The translations under genes and the position numbers were made by a program. Source: Felis catus (Eukaryota). Taken from it: DNA of 64,000 nt. The notes beneath the pieces were generated by a model. It was given only the letters and a program-made list of their open reading frames with translations. It searched no databases and was not told where the DNA came from. This document shows, in pieces, positions 1 to 13,705 of the stretch. The number at the start of each line of letters is the position of its first letter. Positions within the stretch are counted from its first letter, which is position 1. Location of the stretch: positions 110,114,001 through 110,178,000 of the forward strand of contig NC_058368.1 of the NCBI RefSeq assembly GCF_018350175.1, in the 5' to 3' direction.

Positions 1-329
1 GTTACAAGAGAGGGAGGCCTCTACTCTTGGAAGAAGTTCTGATGGCACCTTGGTCAGCTTGGGGCTCACAGGAAATCCCCAGGCCCCGTGGGTTTAACTC
101 AGGTAAAGAAGGAACTTGGAGATGTTTGGCAGCCCCTGGGCAGGTTGCCTCTTCCAGCCACAGCACAAACCACACAGCTTTCCAGGGTGGTGGTGAACAG
201 GACGGTGCCCTCCAGGCCACCCACTAATGGATATGGCAAAATAATGAGAAAAGAAACAGAGAACAGCGGTTAAGAGCTTAGGCTTCCAATGGCCAATGAG
301 GCTCCTTCGACTTCTGCTTAGATCTCTCT

Positions 330-707
330 TGCCTTCCTCACTCTGCTCCAGTTACCCTGGCCTCCCTGTTGATCCCCAAATATGCTGGGTGAGCTCTTGC
401 CTCAGGATCTTTGCACTGGCCACCTCTTCCCCCAGATTTTCAAACAGCTCACTCCCTAACCTCTCAATTTCCTTCAGGGATCTGCTCAGATGTCTCTTCT
501 CATATTAGAAGCTCTCACCAATCCCTGTGCATGCTTTATTCTCCTCCAGAGCACTTGTTATGGCTTGAAACTCTTCATCTCTTAGGACAAGAGACCACTT
601 GTGCCATCAGGGCAGGAATCATGTGCATTTTGTGCACTACTGTATCCCCAGTGCCTGGAATACACCTGACTCACAAGGGGTGTATGTTTGCTAAATGAAT
701 GGATGGA
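330..707 (+). mobile_element. LINE-2 3' end fragment
   Basis: L2-like motifs gcctcaggatctttgcact and ctgtatccccagtgcctggaa, with a terminal aaatgaatggatgg. Confidence 0.7.
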
Positions 708-916
708 AAGGTGAAGGTAGGGGAGGGCCATGGTCAAAGTCACCTCTTGGAAACCTCACTTTTAAAGCCATATAGAAGGTGGGCAAGAAGAAGGAGGTGG
801 CTAGGAGCTGGGAGAACAGCTAGGGGATCCCAGAGGTTGTGCAGGTGGGGATAGGTATGTGTGGCAGCAGAAGAGGTAGAGACTAAGGGGCAGAGCTAAG
901 AAATTATAGAGAAGTT

Positions 917-1114
917 GGGGTACCTGCATGGCTCAGTCGGTTAAACACCTGACTCTTGATCTCAGCTCGGGTCACGATCTCGCAGTTTGTGGGATTAAGC
1001 CCCACGTCAGGCTCTGTGATGATAGTGTGGAGCCTGGTTGGGATTCTTTCTCTGCCTCTCTCTCTGCCCCTCCCCCACTCCCTCTCGCTCAAAATAAATA
1101 AACAACATAAAAAG
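917..1114 (+). mobile_element. Can-SINE (feline SINEC-type)
   Basis: tRNA-derived head ggggtacctgcatggctcagtcggttaa, CT-rich region and A-rich tail. TSD agaaattata(g/a)agaagt at 899-915 and 1115-1131. Confidence 0.93.
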
Positions 1115-3799
1115 AGAAATTATAAAGAAGTAAGCTTGGTAGGGTTTTATGGTGTGGGGATTCAGCTGCAAGGAGGCAGCAGTCTCTTGGGGTCCAGTCC
1201 CCTGGAAAGTGAAGAGGTTGTTGCTATCACTGAGAGAGATGCTCTGTGAGGAATGGGAATGTCAGGGACGGAGGGAGCAGAGAGGGGTGGGGAGTTCATT
1301 CAGGACGCACTGAACTGGAGGTGAAATGTGGAGGAGAGGTCAGGGGTGAAGATACAGCTGGGTCTTACTGGCATGGGAGGCATGGCAAGAACAGTGAGGG
1401 GGTGAAAAGGAAAGAGGAGAGCACTGAGGGGGGCGCAGAGAGAACCCACATGTGGAAAGCTAGTGTGGGGGGCAGGAGCCTGCTGGGAATGGCAGGAGCA
1501 AGAGTTGGGGCCACCTGAACACTGATGCCACTGCGGGACGGACGCAGTAAGAGCAGGCCTGGAAAGTGCCATCTGGACGTGGCGTCTAGGACATGCTGAT
1601 CTTAATGGGGATGGGAGTCGGTGTGGACCCTGCCGGGCACAGTGTGGGGGAGCTGGGGGAGTGGAGGCACCCACCCAGTGAGGGGAGCATCTTGGGTGAG
1701 TGGGAGAGAAGGGAGGAGGGGAACATGAACTGGTGCCTAGAGGGAGGCCAGGATAGGAGGAGACACCCAGAGCTGGCCGAGGTGACCGAGGAGGGGTTGG
1801 ACATATGAGGGCGGGGTGTCAGGAAAGGGCAGGAAACAGTGCGAGGGCCTCAGAGGCTGCGGCTTGTTTCCATAAGCGAAATCCACGCGGTGCGAGACTT
1901 TCTCAGCTCAGTAACTTATTAGCAATTTTTAATTACTGGAATGTAATTAATTCATCGAAAGCACAGCGGTTCTGTGAAGCACACAGCACATGCTGCACTG
2001 ATAACATTCTTGCACATTTGTGGGGTGCACACACCAAGTCGTTTTCTTGCATAAAACCTAGAGGAAATCTCCCGAGAACATACTCGTTTGTGTGAAGTTG
2101 TGTTTCTTGATGGTGGAAGCAGATAGGAGAAATGGATGACTGAGCTCCAACGGCCGCTGCCCTGGGGAAGGGCCACAGTGAACCTGCAGCTCAGTCACCC
2201 CCAGGTGCTTGCACTGGTGAGGGCAGAATCTATGGGGGAGGCTCCGAAACAGGGGACAGTCCATGAAGATCCCTACTTGTCCTTGATGTCTTGGGGGGGG
2301 GTCTCTGGCTAGAGCAGCCCCCATATACTGGCCCCGAGAATGCTGGGGACTGGAGGTGGACCCTTCTTTCGGCTGTCAATTCCACAAGGTCAGACCTGGA
2401 GTCCTGATCATACGGGTGTCCTCAGGTCCAGCACAGCGGGCACCCAGGAGACACTCGATAACGCTTGTGAAGCCGGGTGGCTTGGCAGGGAATGGCCACA
2501 CTCTCCTGTGTGGAGCTCAAAGCGAAGGCCAGGAAGGGCACTGGGCGCACAGAGATTTCTCTGCAGGGTTGGAGGAGCAGCGGCGGCCTCTGGGCACAAT
2601 GTGGGTGGGGCCAGGAGTGGAAGTGCAACTTGAAGAAATTGGAAACAGGAAAGAGGCTTTGGAGAGAAAGTGGAGGCCAGTGCCAAAAAGCCAGGAAGGG
2701 CCTTCAGGTTGGGGTTAGAGCCTTTGCTGGTTTGTCCTGGGGCTCCTTCCAGCAGCCTCTGGGTGATCCTGAGTTCCTAACCCTTCTTCTCAGGGGAGAG
2801 AGTGGTCTGGTGCTGTGATGTCAGAGGCCCCACGAGTTTGGCATGACTGAACCAGCTTTCCCGGGGCAGCTCCCACCTGGACTTCTTGATAACCTGGGCA
2901 GTAGGCCTCAGTCCAGTAGCACCCAGGCCTTCCCCATGGACCAAGGCTCCTAAGCCCTCCACCTCTGCACCAGGTCTCTCGGGGAAAAGGATAAAGCAAG
3001 TGTGTGTGCTGTGAACGTGCCCTGCTGGGACAAACGGTGCAGAAGCTGTGGGCGCTTCTGAAGGGCGGGCTGCAGAGGTAAGGCAGAGCCCACGTAACCC
3101 CGGCCCTCTCTGGGCCTCAGCATCCCTGTCTGGGGAATGGGCAAGTTGGACTGGCTCAACAGACACGCAGTCCGCTTGGGCGCAAACTGCCTGGCCTGGT
3201 GCGAGGGCCTTTCTCAGTGCACCTTCCTCACGTGCCTGCCTTTATCCGGCGTGGACCTGTGCTCCCCAGGATCTGCATTTCCATCCCTTCCTCTTCTCTC
3301 AGTCTACAGGTACCCTCCTGCCTGTACCCCTAGGATGCCCTCGCGCCCTCAATCACCCTTGGAGACGCACCTCACTGTCTCTTCCTTAGACGTGCCCCTT
3401 CTCACCCTCAGCTGGCAGTTCCCAAAAGCCTTTCCAGAAACTTCCTCTAGACCCAGAATCAGGGACTATTGGATCTTCTTTTGCATCTCTAACTCTCTAG
3501 GTGAACTTAAAGGTTTCATTACATTTCTTTCTAGAACAGCAAGGCAGCTGGAGAAGCTGAGTTTAGTGAGGATGTTTGGAGATCAAATTCTAGCCACTCA
3601 TTAAATAAATATGGAGAACCAATGATCTTCTCTCTCCTCATTCACAGAAGCACCCACCTCCTGGAGCTCTCAGCTCATACACAGCGCTGCACGAGGGCGG
3701 CACCAGCCCCTCAATTGTATCCTGAAGTTTGAAACAGCATCCCCATCATCCTGACGCTGCTTAGAGAAGAGAGCGCGCTATGGGTCAGGCACTGCTGCT

Positions 3800-3955
3800 T
3801 TCTTGCTCACGGCACCGTGTGAGGTAGGTGCTACGGGCATTCACGTTTGACAGATGCGGTAAGCGAGGCGCAGAGAGCTCACCTGCCTCGTTCAGCGAGG
3901 TGTGGTATGGCCCCATGACTGATCTCAGGCCAGTACCTTTGAGCCTGTGCCACAC
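3800..3955 (-). mobile_element. MIR fragment
   Basis: Degenerate MIR core: gtgaggtaggtgcta...gacagatgcggtaagcgaggcgcagagag. Confidence 0.5.
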
Positions 3956-6139
3956 TGCCCCCCAGCCTGGGCCTCCCTGGGATGCTGTCACCATGCTCCT
4001 GCTCAGGCCTTAGCACGTCCCTGGCTGCAGGGGCCTGCTCCAACAGAGTGAGACCAAAGGCTGGGCCCCCACGTGGGAATGTGAGTAGCTCTCCCTGGCG
4101 GGGCAGAAAAGACTTGCAAAAAGTATGGAAACGGCCTCGAGGTAGTGAGACCTAATTTAAGTTCCTAAGCCAACAACATTCAAAGTAACAGCAATAACGC
4201 AACAAGAAGAAGAAAAGAAGGAAGTCCTTTGGCAGCACGACCTATCTGCTGTGCCTTGCAACAAAAGGGTGGGTTTTTATGGCCCTGTTGTGTAGTAACA
4301 CTTAAAGATTTGTTAGTGACCCTGTTTAAGTTTACACATGTTTAGATGTTTGGTTAAAATTTTTGGTTACATTTTTAAATTTAAAAATTAAAAGTTTTTA
4401 AATGTATGTTTAAATTTTGGGTTAAAAATGGAAATCATTTCCTCCGATTTCACAAGCCTGGGAACTCTCCTCTGAAGCACCAAAATGCACCTAAAACACC
4501 ATACGGGATGAGGAATCTCAAGATCCATTTAGAACTGTAGCCCTAACAGGCTTCTTTCTTCCATAATTTCATGGTTTGTTTGGAAAACTGCCCAACTATG
4601 ACACTGTATCATCTGGGATAATACAACCCTGGTGTAGTGAGTGACGGCTGAAAGGCAAGCTTGTCTTCTGGAAGAATACGAGAGATACAGCGTGCATTCA
4701 AATCCGAGACAGAAAAACAATTTTAAAAGTGCCAACGGGTACACAATACCATGTCACAAGGTAACTTTTAAAACACAAAGTCTAAAGAAGTTAAAGTTAC
4801 AGAGAATTCTACCCACTATCTTGGTGTTCTCTGGTGGTATTCGGGGCTGACGACAAATGTGACTCTGATTTTGCCACCAGAAGAAAGAGAGAGGACATCC
4901 TATATCCCACTGTCCCCCTGATTTTTGGCGACAGAGACCCTGCCTGGGATGTCCAGAAAGCTGGTATCAAAAGCTACAAATATGAGCTGAAGCGATGCTT
5001 TTGAGTTCAGTTTTGCTTTTCTCAAATGCTAATGATCTCTAAAATGATGTTATATTTCATTTCACATTCACAAGGAATTCTATTGCCATAGCAACTGGAA
5101 TGTGATACCACAAGTTTTCTTGAAAATGGGGCTTAGAATATCGCCTCTCCTCCCCTGCAGGGCACAAGGGCCATGGTACCCATGCAGTGCTCAGGAGAAC
5201 CTACCCCCACCCACTCCCCTCCCCACCTCCCGCCCCACCAAGGGCACAAGGGCCTGGCAGCGGAGGGTGCGCTCTAAACTGAGGCCCCTTGGAACCCACC
5301 ACCACGTTCCCCTTTCTCTCCACACTCCGGCCCCACAAGGAGCGTCCTAAGAGAGACTCTGGGACGCAAATCAAACTGGGAAATGAAGTCAGAACTTCTT
5401 TTTGTAAAGACTGGTAGAAAAAGAGAATGGAACATGGATGAATTTAGAATTTTTGTTTGCATGAAAAAAGAAGGTGTTTTTCAGTTTCCTCTATCAATAA
5501 CTCCCCGGAAATTAGGGACAAAAGACAAATTGTCATCGGTGGGGCTGAAGATGCCATTAAATATTCTGCTCTCTTGAGGTGGGGTTGTACTATAGTGTCC
5601 TTTACCCCCTCTCCTTTCTTCTAAGACCCTACCCCCCAGCCCTCTGTCACTCTGTTTCTTCCTGCTCCCCGTTGGAACCATGGCTCTGCTGAAGGTGGAG
5701 AGGTGCTCACCCAAAGCCCCCTCCCTAGGGCTGGCCTGCCTCCCATCCCTGCCAAGGCCCTGTGGTCGGTGAATAGGTCCTCACTGTTTGCTGGGCACTC
5801 CCTGTGGGAATGCTGGAGGAAAGAGTCGGGCTGGCCTTCCCAGTGCCTAGGACTTGAGCTGACCTGAGCAGGAAGCAGAGAAGGCTCCTCCATGGGATCC
5901 AGACCCACCGGGGTAGGTCTGCAAAAAGGGGAGTCCTGGTTCCAGTTAGGCATCTCCAGGATCTCACAGGACCTGACCCTCAGCACCTTACTCCCCAATT
6001 CCACCCACCAGCAAGCCATGGAGGCCCCATACCTGCTAGGCAGGGCCCTTGTTCCTGCCTCTGTGGTCCCTGCATGACCTCCTCTCCTCCCTGCTCTACA
6101 TCTGAGGCTACGTTAGATTAAAGATGAGTACAGGTGTCA

Positions 6140-6335
6140 TTAATACACAACACTTGTGACGTGCCTGCCACATGCTAGGTGGTTTCTGTGTGGCATCTCA
6201 TTTACTTTTCTCCACAGAGCAAGTCGTACTGCCAATAAGCCCCGTTTTACAGCAAAGGGGAAGGCCCAGAGAAGCGGAGTGATGTGCCCAAGATCACACA
6301 GCTGGAAAGTGGCAGAGCCGGGCTGCCCCAAGTCT
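6140..6335 (-). mobile_element. MIR
   Basis: ccccgttttacagcaaaggggaaggcccagagaag...tgcccaagatcacacagctggaaagtggcagagcc is the reverse MIR core. Confidence 0.75.
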
Positions 6336-7394
6336 CTCTGGGAGCTTGTGGGCACTGCTGTTCAGTAGGTGGGCATTCACAAAATCTGTATAAAACCTCA
6401 ATGAATCAGAAGGATTCGGTGGATAAATTCAATCAGCATGAAGCAGAACTGAGCCCTAATCTGCTTGCACCAGCAGCCCCCATCCTCTCCAGCTCTCCCC
6501 CATCATCCCTCACCGAGGCAGGTTTCACGGTGGTGGTTTTTCCCTGGCCTGACATGAGAAATGCTGTTTGAATAACCGATGGTGAGGGAGGCTGGGCACA
6601 CTCTGATGCAGAAATAAAAACCTTTAGAAAGATGCAATTTGGGGGATATTGGAAACTGGAGAACGGAACATCAGTCTATAAAATTCAACATGGCCAATAA
6701 AGCTGGAGCAAGTGGTCAAGTGTTTTAGTGCTCACAGGGCTGGGGAATCAGCAGGCATGAGGCTGGGCAGAGCTTTCAGACCAGGGACATTTTTTCTGGA
6801 CTCATTTTGGCCTCATTTCCATAATGTGCCTCATGATTTCTGAAGCACCTCAGCATTAGCGTCATAAGTACAGCCATGAAAATGTCCAAGACTATTCCCA
6901 TCACAGGAGAAACTCAACCTAGCAGAGCACTGTCGGTTCTAGGACATGTCCCTCCCGTGCTCCCGCTGCCACAGCCCACGACTGGAAGTGGGAAAGTGGC
7001 CCTTCACGGGGCAGCAGGCAGCACTGGTAGTGGCTGCTTCAGGTTAACAGACCTGTGCTTTGCTGCTGAGAATGCCCTGATGTCCTGGTCACACCACTGT
7101 GGCCTGTAGGGAGGGCCAGAACTCTGTCCCTCCCCTCTGGATGCCCGGAAGACTCAGCAGCCCATTTTCTGTCTCCACTGTAGGCCCGTGCTGGGTTTTC
7201 TCCTGAGCATTCTCTTCCCCTCCCTGCCCTATCCCAAAGGTCTGCTTAGATTCTGTTCTCCAAGGAGCCCCCTCTAAAGGCCAGGGATCTCTGGAGGTGG
7301 ACACACATAAAACATGCATCGCCGAAATGCTGCTGCTGCTATCCTTTGGCTAAAGCTCCAGCCTTCCTCTTTCTCTCCTGCCTTTACACATTCA

Positions 7395-7775
<381 letters not shown>

Positions 7776-9834
7776 ATTCAGTGGTGGGGGTCATGGGCTT
7801 CCTTTGTGGTTGCATTTGCCAGTGAAGCCAAGGCCTGGGGGCTCAGGGTGTCCAAAAAAGTCTGTGCCCTACTGACAGCAGGTGGCCATGGATGCCAAGA
7901 GCAGTACCCTGCTGTACAGCATTCAGGTTTTATGGCTGGCTCACACCTAGCATCTCAGGCACCACCCCTGCCCACCCTGGGAGGGAAGAGTCAACAGGGG
8001 ACCACATGGCGATAGCGAAGTGCCAGTGGACCCTGCCAACTGAGAGTAGGATGGTTTGCCAAAAGGCAGAGGCTTGAGTCACAGCTCCCATAACCACAGG
8101 GCAGGGACAGACCTGACGTGAGGAGGAGTTTTGTACAGGGGTGGGATGGGGAGGGGAAGGATGCCAAGGTGTGATTCTGGGAGACATAGAATACCAAGCC
8201 ATGGAAGTTTGGTCAGGTATGTTAGGCACTGGGGAGCTATCGCAGAGGCCACGGAGTCAGCGTGGAGTAAGAAAGGAGAAAGTGCTACTCTAAGTGTTCG
8301 GGATGGGGGGCAGCCAAAGCAGAGAGGCTGGAGGTTGACCTTTCTCTCTAAGGAGAATGTGGTTCTCTAGGATACACATCACCAGCGGTGGGACCAGCAG
8401 CCTTTCTCTACTGCCCATCCCTTTCTAGCACCAAGCACAAAGCTGCGGCTGGGACAGGAAGGCTGAGACCCTGGGCATGGCTGCTGCCATGCTTCTAGAC
8501 ATCTGCTGCACCCAACATATGAGCACAGTGACGTGAGGCACTGATGCCAGAGCCCACATGCCCAAGTAGGCAGGGCAGCTGGTAGAGCATCTCATTGCTG
8601 GAAGGGTCCGCTTAGGCTAACGGCCAGGCAAGTGCCCCAAAACATCATTCCACTCTACTAGAGGAGCCCAGAAAATGAGATGATTGCCATGGAGCATTAA
8701 AGGCAGCAAGCAGAAATTGAGAATAAGAAAGGGATATCAAAATACAAATAAAACATAAATTCTGGTTTTGTGGTCACAGAAGCCTTTGCTTTTAAGTTTT
8801 AGAGAAATCTTCAGAATACTCTGTGAGACAGAATGGCCCCAGAGGTCAACACTGAACCTTTGGTCCCAACTCTGATACCAGGAGATTAAAATGTCTGAGG
8901 GAAAAACAACCTTCTTTTTCTTGTTTTTGGTTAAGCTTGCTTTTCATCATTCTAGATTTGAAAGGAAAAAAAAAATCAGTTATCAATAGATTAGCTGCTT
9001 GATTCAATAATTCATTTAAATTCTTCCAGCCTTGGCAAGCTAAGAATTATTGACTTTTTCTTGAATCATAATAAACTAGAAGGTCAAAATATCTCTGAGC
9101 AGTGTAAAAGTGTGGATCCTAAGCAGGCACGTGAATCTCCTTTATCCACTTGGCTGATGTTTGCATGTCACGGTGGAGGCTCGGCGGCATTCATCAGCTC
9201 CCGTGTACATCTTTCTGTCAAGGTTGACAGGCAGAGGGGAGCTGAGGGTGCGTGGCAGTGGGAGGCCAGGGGCTGGAGGCCCTCCACCTACCGTGTTGAT
9301 GGCTGCTTTGCCACAAAGTGCGTTTGATTAACACGACTCTCCTGGGTGGCTGCAAAATGGGTTACCCTGGAAAATGCTGGCGGCTATTAGAAGAAACTAA
9401 TATGGCTCTAAAAATACCAGCCTTTGTTTCTTTCCCAAGACAGCCAGGGCACAAATCCATGCTGTTGTATCACTGTTTTAATAAACTTCCCCATGTGACG
9501 GGAAGGGCACTCACTAATCGCCCCAGTTTGAAGGAGCACAGCCAATGTTTCTGAGTGTCTGACCTCTCAGTTCCTGCTTTAGGGCATTTGCCCTGGCTCT
9601 ACTGCCCACCCAGGCTGCACTCACTTTCCAGCTAACTCAGCTCCAACTACTCACCCCTGGGGTCCGGGGCCTCTCTGAGGTGCTTCCTGACAGTGCAAGT
9701 CTGAGCACTCCTTCTCTGGATTCCCTTCTTGAAAATGCCTGTGCCACTGTGTGGATGAGGAAGGCCCTACAGGTATGGGACCTTTGTCCTCATGCAGCCC
9801 CAGAAACTTGGGCTTTAAGAAACACAGTAGTTTT

Positions 9835-9909
9835 ATTTTTATTTTTATACTTTTTTAATGTGTATTTATTTTTGAAAGAGAGTGTGAGCAGGAGAGGGGC
9901 AGAGAGAGA

Positions 9910-9963
<54 letters not shown>

Positions 9964-10089
9964 ATGTGGAACAGCCTCTACACTGACAGCAGAGAGCCCA
10001 GTCTGATGTGGGGCTTGAATTCATGAACTGTGAGATCACGACCTGAGCCAAAGTCTGGCGCTCAACCTGCTGAGCCACCCAGGAGCCCC
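9835..10089 (-). mobile_element. Can-SINE with an expanded (AG)n tract (about 9901-9958)
   Basis: T-rich tail, (AG)n, ending gagccacccaggagcccc. Flanked by a repeat of agtagtttt. Confidence 0.93.
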
Positions 10090-11980
10090 AGAAAGAGTAG
10101 TTTTCAAAGGTGACCTCCTTAACTCTGACTTGGTGCCATGGCTCAAACCTCAGGTTAGATGTTGAGATAGGGAGGGTAGTGGGGGCCCCATGTCCCCGAG
10201 GGGGGACCTTTTAAGGGATGCATCTCCTCTTGCCTCCTCCAGGAGGGCAGGAGGGAAGGCGGAAGGAGGGAGACACAAAGGGGAGACAAAAGTCCAGGGA
10301 GGTGGGCCTTGTGGGGTAAAGGAGACTAGAATCTGGAGTGACTGAGCAAGAAGGGACTCAGAGACCACCTTATTCAGCCTAGACAGTTAAAGCCAGCCCA
10401 CAGTGGATGGCAGGGTAGAGGATGAGCAGAACCCCCTCCTCCTGATCCTTTCTTCTCTGAAACACTGGCAGGCCCAGATCGCAGTGAGTGCCTCTGAATA
10501 CCAGCAATGGACATTGTGCCCTCCAGTGCCCATGTAGGAGGTATGACTGAGGCCTTCCCCATAGGCTGTGTTCTGAAGAGTTAGCGTTAAGAAAACACGT
10601 GCCGACTTGTGCTCACAGAGGTCATCAAGAACACTGAGATTCTCCCTGACACGGAAATTGGTGGTCGGCAAATATTTGATTCCTAATTATTTGCAATTAA
10701 GGCAGAAAGAGCTGTACAGCCATGTACCTGCCTTTCCCAATCTGTAGCCAGCAGGCCCCTCAAAGAGCTGGGAACGCCCTGCACAGAGGTGGGCCTGGAA
10801 TCCCATCCTTGGCCAAAGAGACACAGACCAAGCAGTGGGTTGTGCACTAAACAAGCCCCTTGTTACCACTTCCTCCTTGTTATTAAAACAGAATGAATTC
10901 CCCAGTCCTAGCGGGACTATGATAAAACAGTAATGGGAAAGGTAACCAAGTGAGACCGTCAGCAACTGCCTACAGTATTTATGAGGACGACCATGATGCA
11001 TGAAAAAGATATAATGTGCTTAATTTATAGTCATAAAGAAAGTCGTTTACCCAGGTTAGAAACCGATCATCTTACCAAATAAGCTGCTTTTAGACACTAA
11101 TTAAATTTACTGAACACAGTTAGAAATGGGAATTGTTACATGAAAGTTATGGCGGCAGAGAAACAAGCCCATTTGTACCAGTTGGTGCTAGAGACCCCCC
11201 TCTGTGACTCGGACCAGGAGTCTTGATTTGAACTCACAGACTTGGGACTGCCATCACCCCCAGCAAAGGTTAAGTTGTGCAGCTTAGGGACAGAGGAAGC
11301 CGAGGCCATGGGACCCCCACCCAGGGATCAGACAGAGGAGGTGGGTCCTTCCTCATTCACCCGTTGCAGGGGGCCCCTCCCTTGTTTTCTCACCACTGAC
11401 CACCCCACACGGCGCCAAAAATTCAGTGATTTTGTTTCCAAACTCTGACTCAGTCTCTGTAACTGGTTTCCTGGCACAAAGTACATCAGTGAGTGCTTCC
11501 CTCTCAGGGATGGTGTCCAGTGGCATGTGAGGGGAAAGAAGCTAGTCTTCTACTTTGGGATGCTAACTGCCTCAGGCAAGACCTCCCAGTGCAGCACTTC
11601 TGTCTCGGAACTTGTCCCAGAGAGTGCCCTCTCCATTACGCTGTCTTAGGAGGTTCACTCCTCGCCCAGCAAAGGAATAGGGCTGAAATCCTCACTACCT
11701 TATCCCACCCTGCCGTAAAGTCACAGTAAGGTCAGACGTTGGCTCTCCCACCCACGCTGTGGGGCCCAAAGCAGGCCAAGAAGAGTGAAATGTGGCTGCA
11801 GAAGACATGTACAGGGCCATAACCCAGTGGCCCTGCAGTGACAGCCTCACTGCTGCCTGCCATGAGCCCAGCCTCGCACAGCAGTCTCCAGCTTCTGCAG
11901 ACAACAGGTCCTTGTACAGGAACTAAGTTCCACCTGTCAGCAGACACAGCCCTTTAGAGATGCATTAAACGCTTCCTTTT

Positions 11981-12195
11981 CTTTTCTTTTTAAAAAGTAA
12001 TTTATTTTGAGAGATAGAAGAGAGCCAGTGGGCATGCTGGGGGAGGGGTGGAGAGATAGGGAGAGAACCTCAAGCAGGCTCCATGCTGTCAGTGCAGACC
12101 CGGATGCAGGGCTTGATCCCCCAAACCATGAGATCATAAACTGAGCTGAAATGAAGAGTCAGATGCTTAACTGACCGAGGCACCCAGGTGCCCCC
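11981..12195 (-). mobile_element. Can-SINE
   Basis: tttattttgagaga...gcaggctccatgctgtcagtgcaga...cacccaggtgcccc. Confidence 0.92.
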
Positions 12196-12619
12196 AAATG
12201 CTTTATTTCCTGAGCATCCGTACACTCACCAGGGAGCTGCAGCACATGGCCAGGGTCATGGTCGGGTTTTTTAAGGACCTAGAGCGGAGAACTTGCCTTT
12301 GGGAGAGTGCTGTGTGTACAGAGGTGTGCAGCTATACATGGTGTGCCATCCAGGAGCTGTAGGTAATGGTCCCAGGTCTCCCCACCTCCACCCTCCCAAG
12401 AAAACTTACATACTCAGACATGCCCAAGGTGGTTGGGAGACAGAGTGTCTGGTGAACTTCGACTCCTTCATTGCAGAGAACGCACAAGTGCCATGTACAT
12501 GGCTGCAGAACTTGAGGCTGTGTGAGACCCAGCAGAGACCCAGCTCCCCCAGTCAGTGTGGTTCCTATGCCCCACATGGGTGGTAACATGGGGTGCTTCA
12601 GGAGTGCATGCCTGCCAGC

Positions 12620-12920
12620 TCTCCATCCACCTCTTCAGCCATAATAGTTCTGGAGCACCTCCTATGTGCCAGACCCTATTCTAGCTGTGGGGATACAAGG
12701 CAGACCAGGACACTGTCCTTGGGGCAGTACACAGCAGCGTAGGGAGAGACACAAGTATGTGAACAGGCAAACGACAACCAGATGTAGGCAAACGACAAAC
12801 AAATGCTAGGAGGGAAACAGGGCACTGCAGTGGGCCAACGCCATTGGAGTCAGAGGAGCCTCGTTGAGGGGGTGAGATTTGCCCTGAGACCTGAAAGTGA
12901 AGGGGCAGAGCCCTGGGGCC
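12620..12920 (-). mobile_element. LINE-2 3' fragment
   Basis: gagcacctcctatgtgccagaccctattctagctgtggggataca is the reverse L2 terminus. Confidence 0.6.
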
Positions 12921-13589
12921 AGGGAGAGGGAGCAGCCTGTGGACCCTGGAGCTCAGCACGCACAGCAAGGGGCAGATACAGGAAGAAGCCCACTCACAAT
13001 GAGGCAAACCTTGCCTGGCAGACCCAGTCTGCAGGCAGCTGTGAGTGCAGGTGCAAAGATGCCACCTTGCCCAAGTGTACCCTTGCAAAAGTGGGATGAC
13101 TCTGGCTCTCTGGGAGTGTTTCTCAGCCCCTGAGTAATGAGTGTTGGAGACAGGCCTAATTGCCCTGATGTTCAGCACCCCAGCTCTCTACTCCTGCCTG
13201 AAAGGGGCCCATCCTCAAACACTCCCACCGGCCAGCCAGAAGGCTCTTTGCACCTTCTAGAGCCCTCCTGGCTCTCACCATGAGCCACCTTGGTGGGAAC
13301 TGACATACCCTTGGGTGCCCTGGGTGCTGGGGTTTCAGGTCCATCTCTGCCCTGGAAAGTCTTATTCCTACTCAAGTGATGGGAAGAGAATCTGTAGTTA
13401 CCCCTAGAGAGGTGTGTGTTTCCAGTATCCAGGCTGAGAGGGCAATGTATGAAGTAACTACTGTTTACTGAGGCCTGTCCTGCTTAACACTTAGAACACG
13501 TGAGCTCATCTAATTCTCCTTTAGTCCTTATAAAAGCCCTACGAAAGAGACACACAGGCTTCATCCTGAGTGTGTATGTACATAGACAC

Positions 13590-13705
13590 ATGCCCATGCT
13601 ACAGATGAGGAAATACAAGTCAAGAAGTGATTTGCCTATGGTCAGACAACAAATGGGCTGTAGGTAGTAGAGTCCAGATTTCAATTAGTCTCACTCCAGA
13701 TCATG
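13590..13705 (-). mobile_element. MIR fragment
   Basis: acagatgaggaaatacaagtcaagaagtgatttgcctatggtcagaca. Confidence 0.6.
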
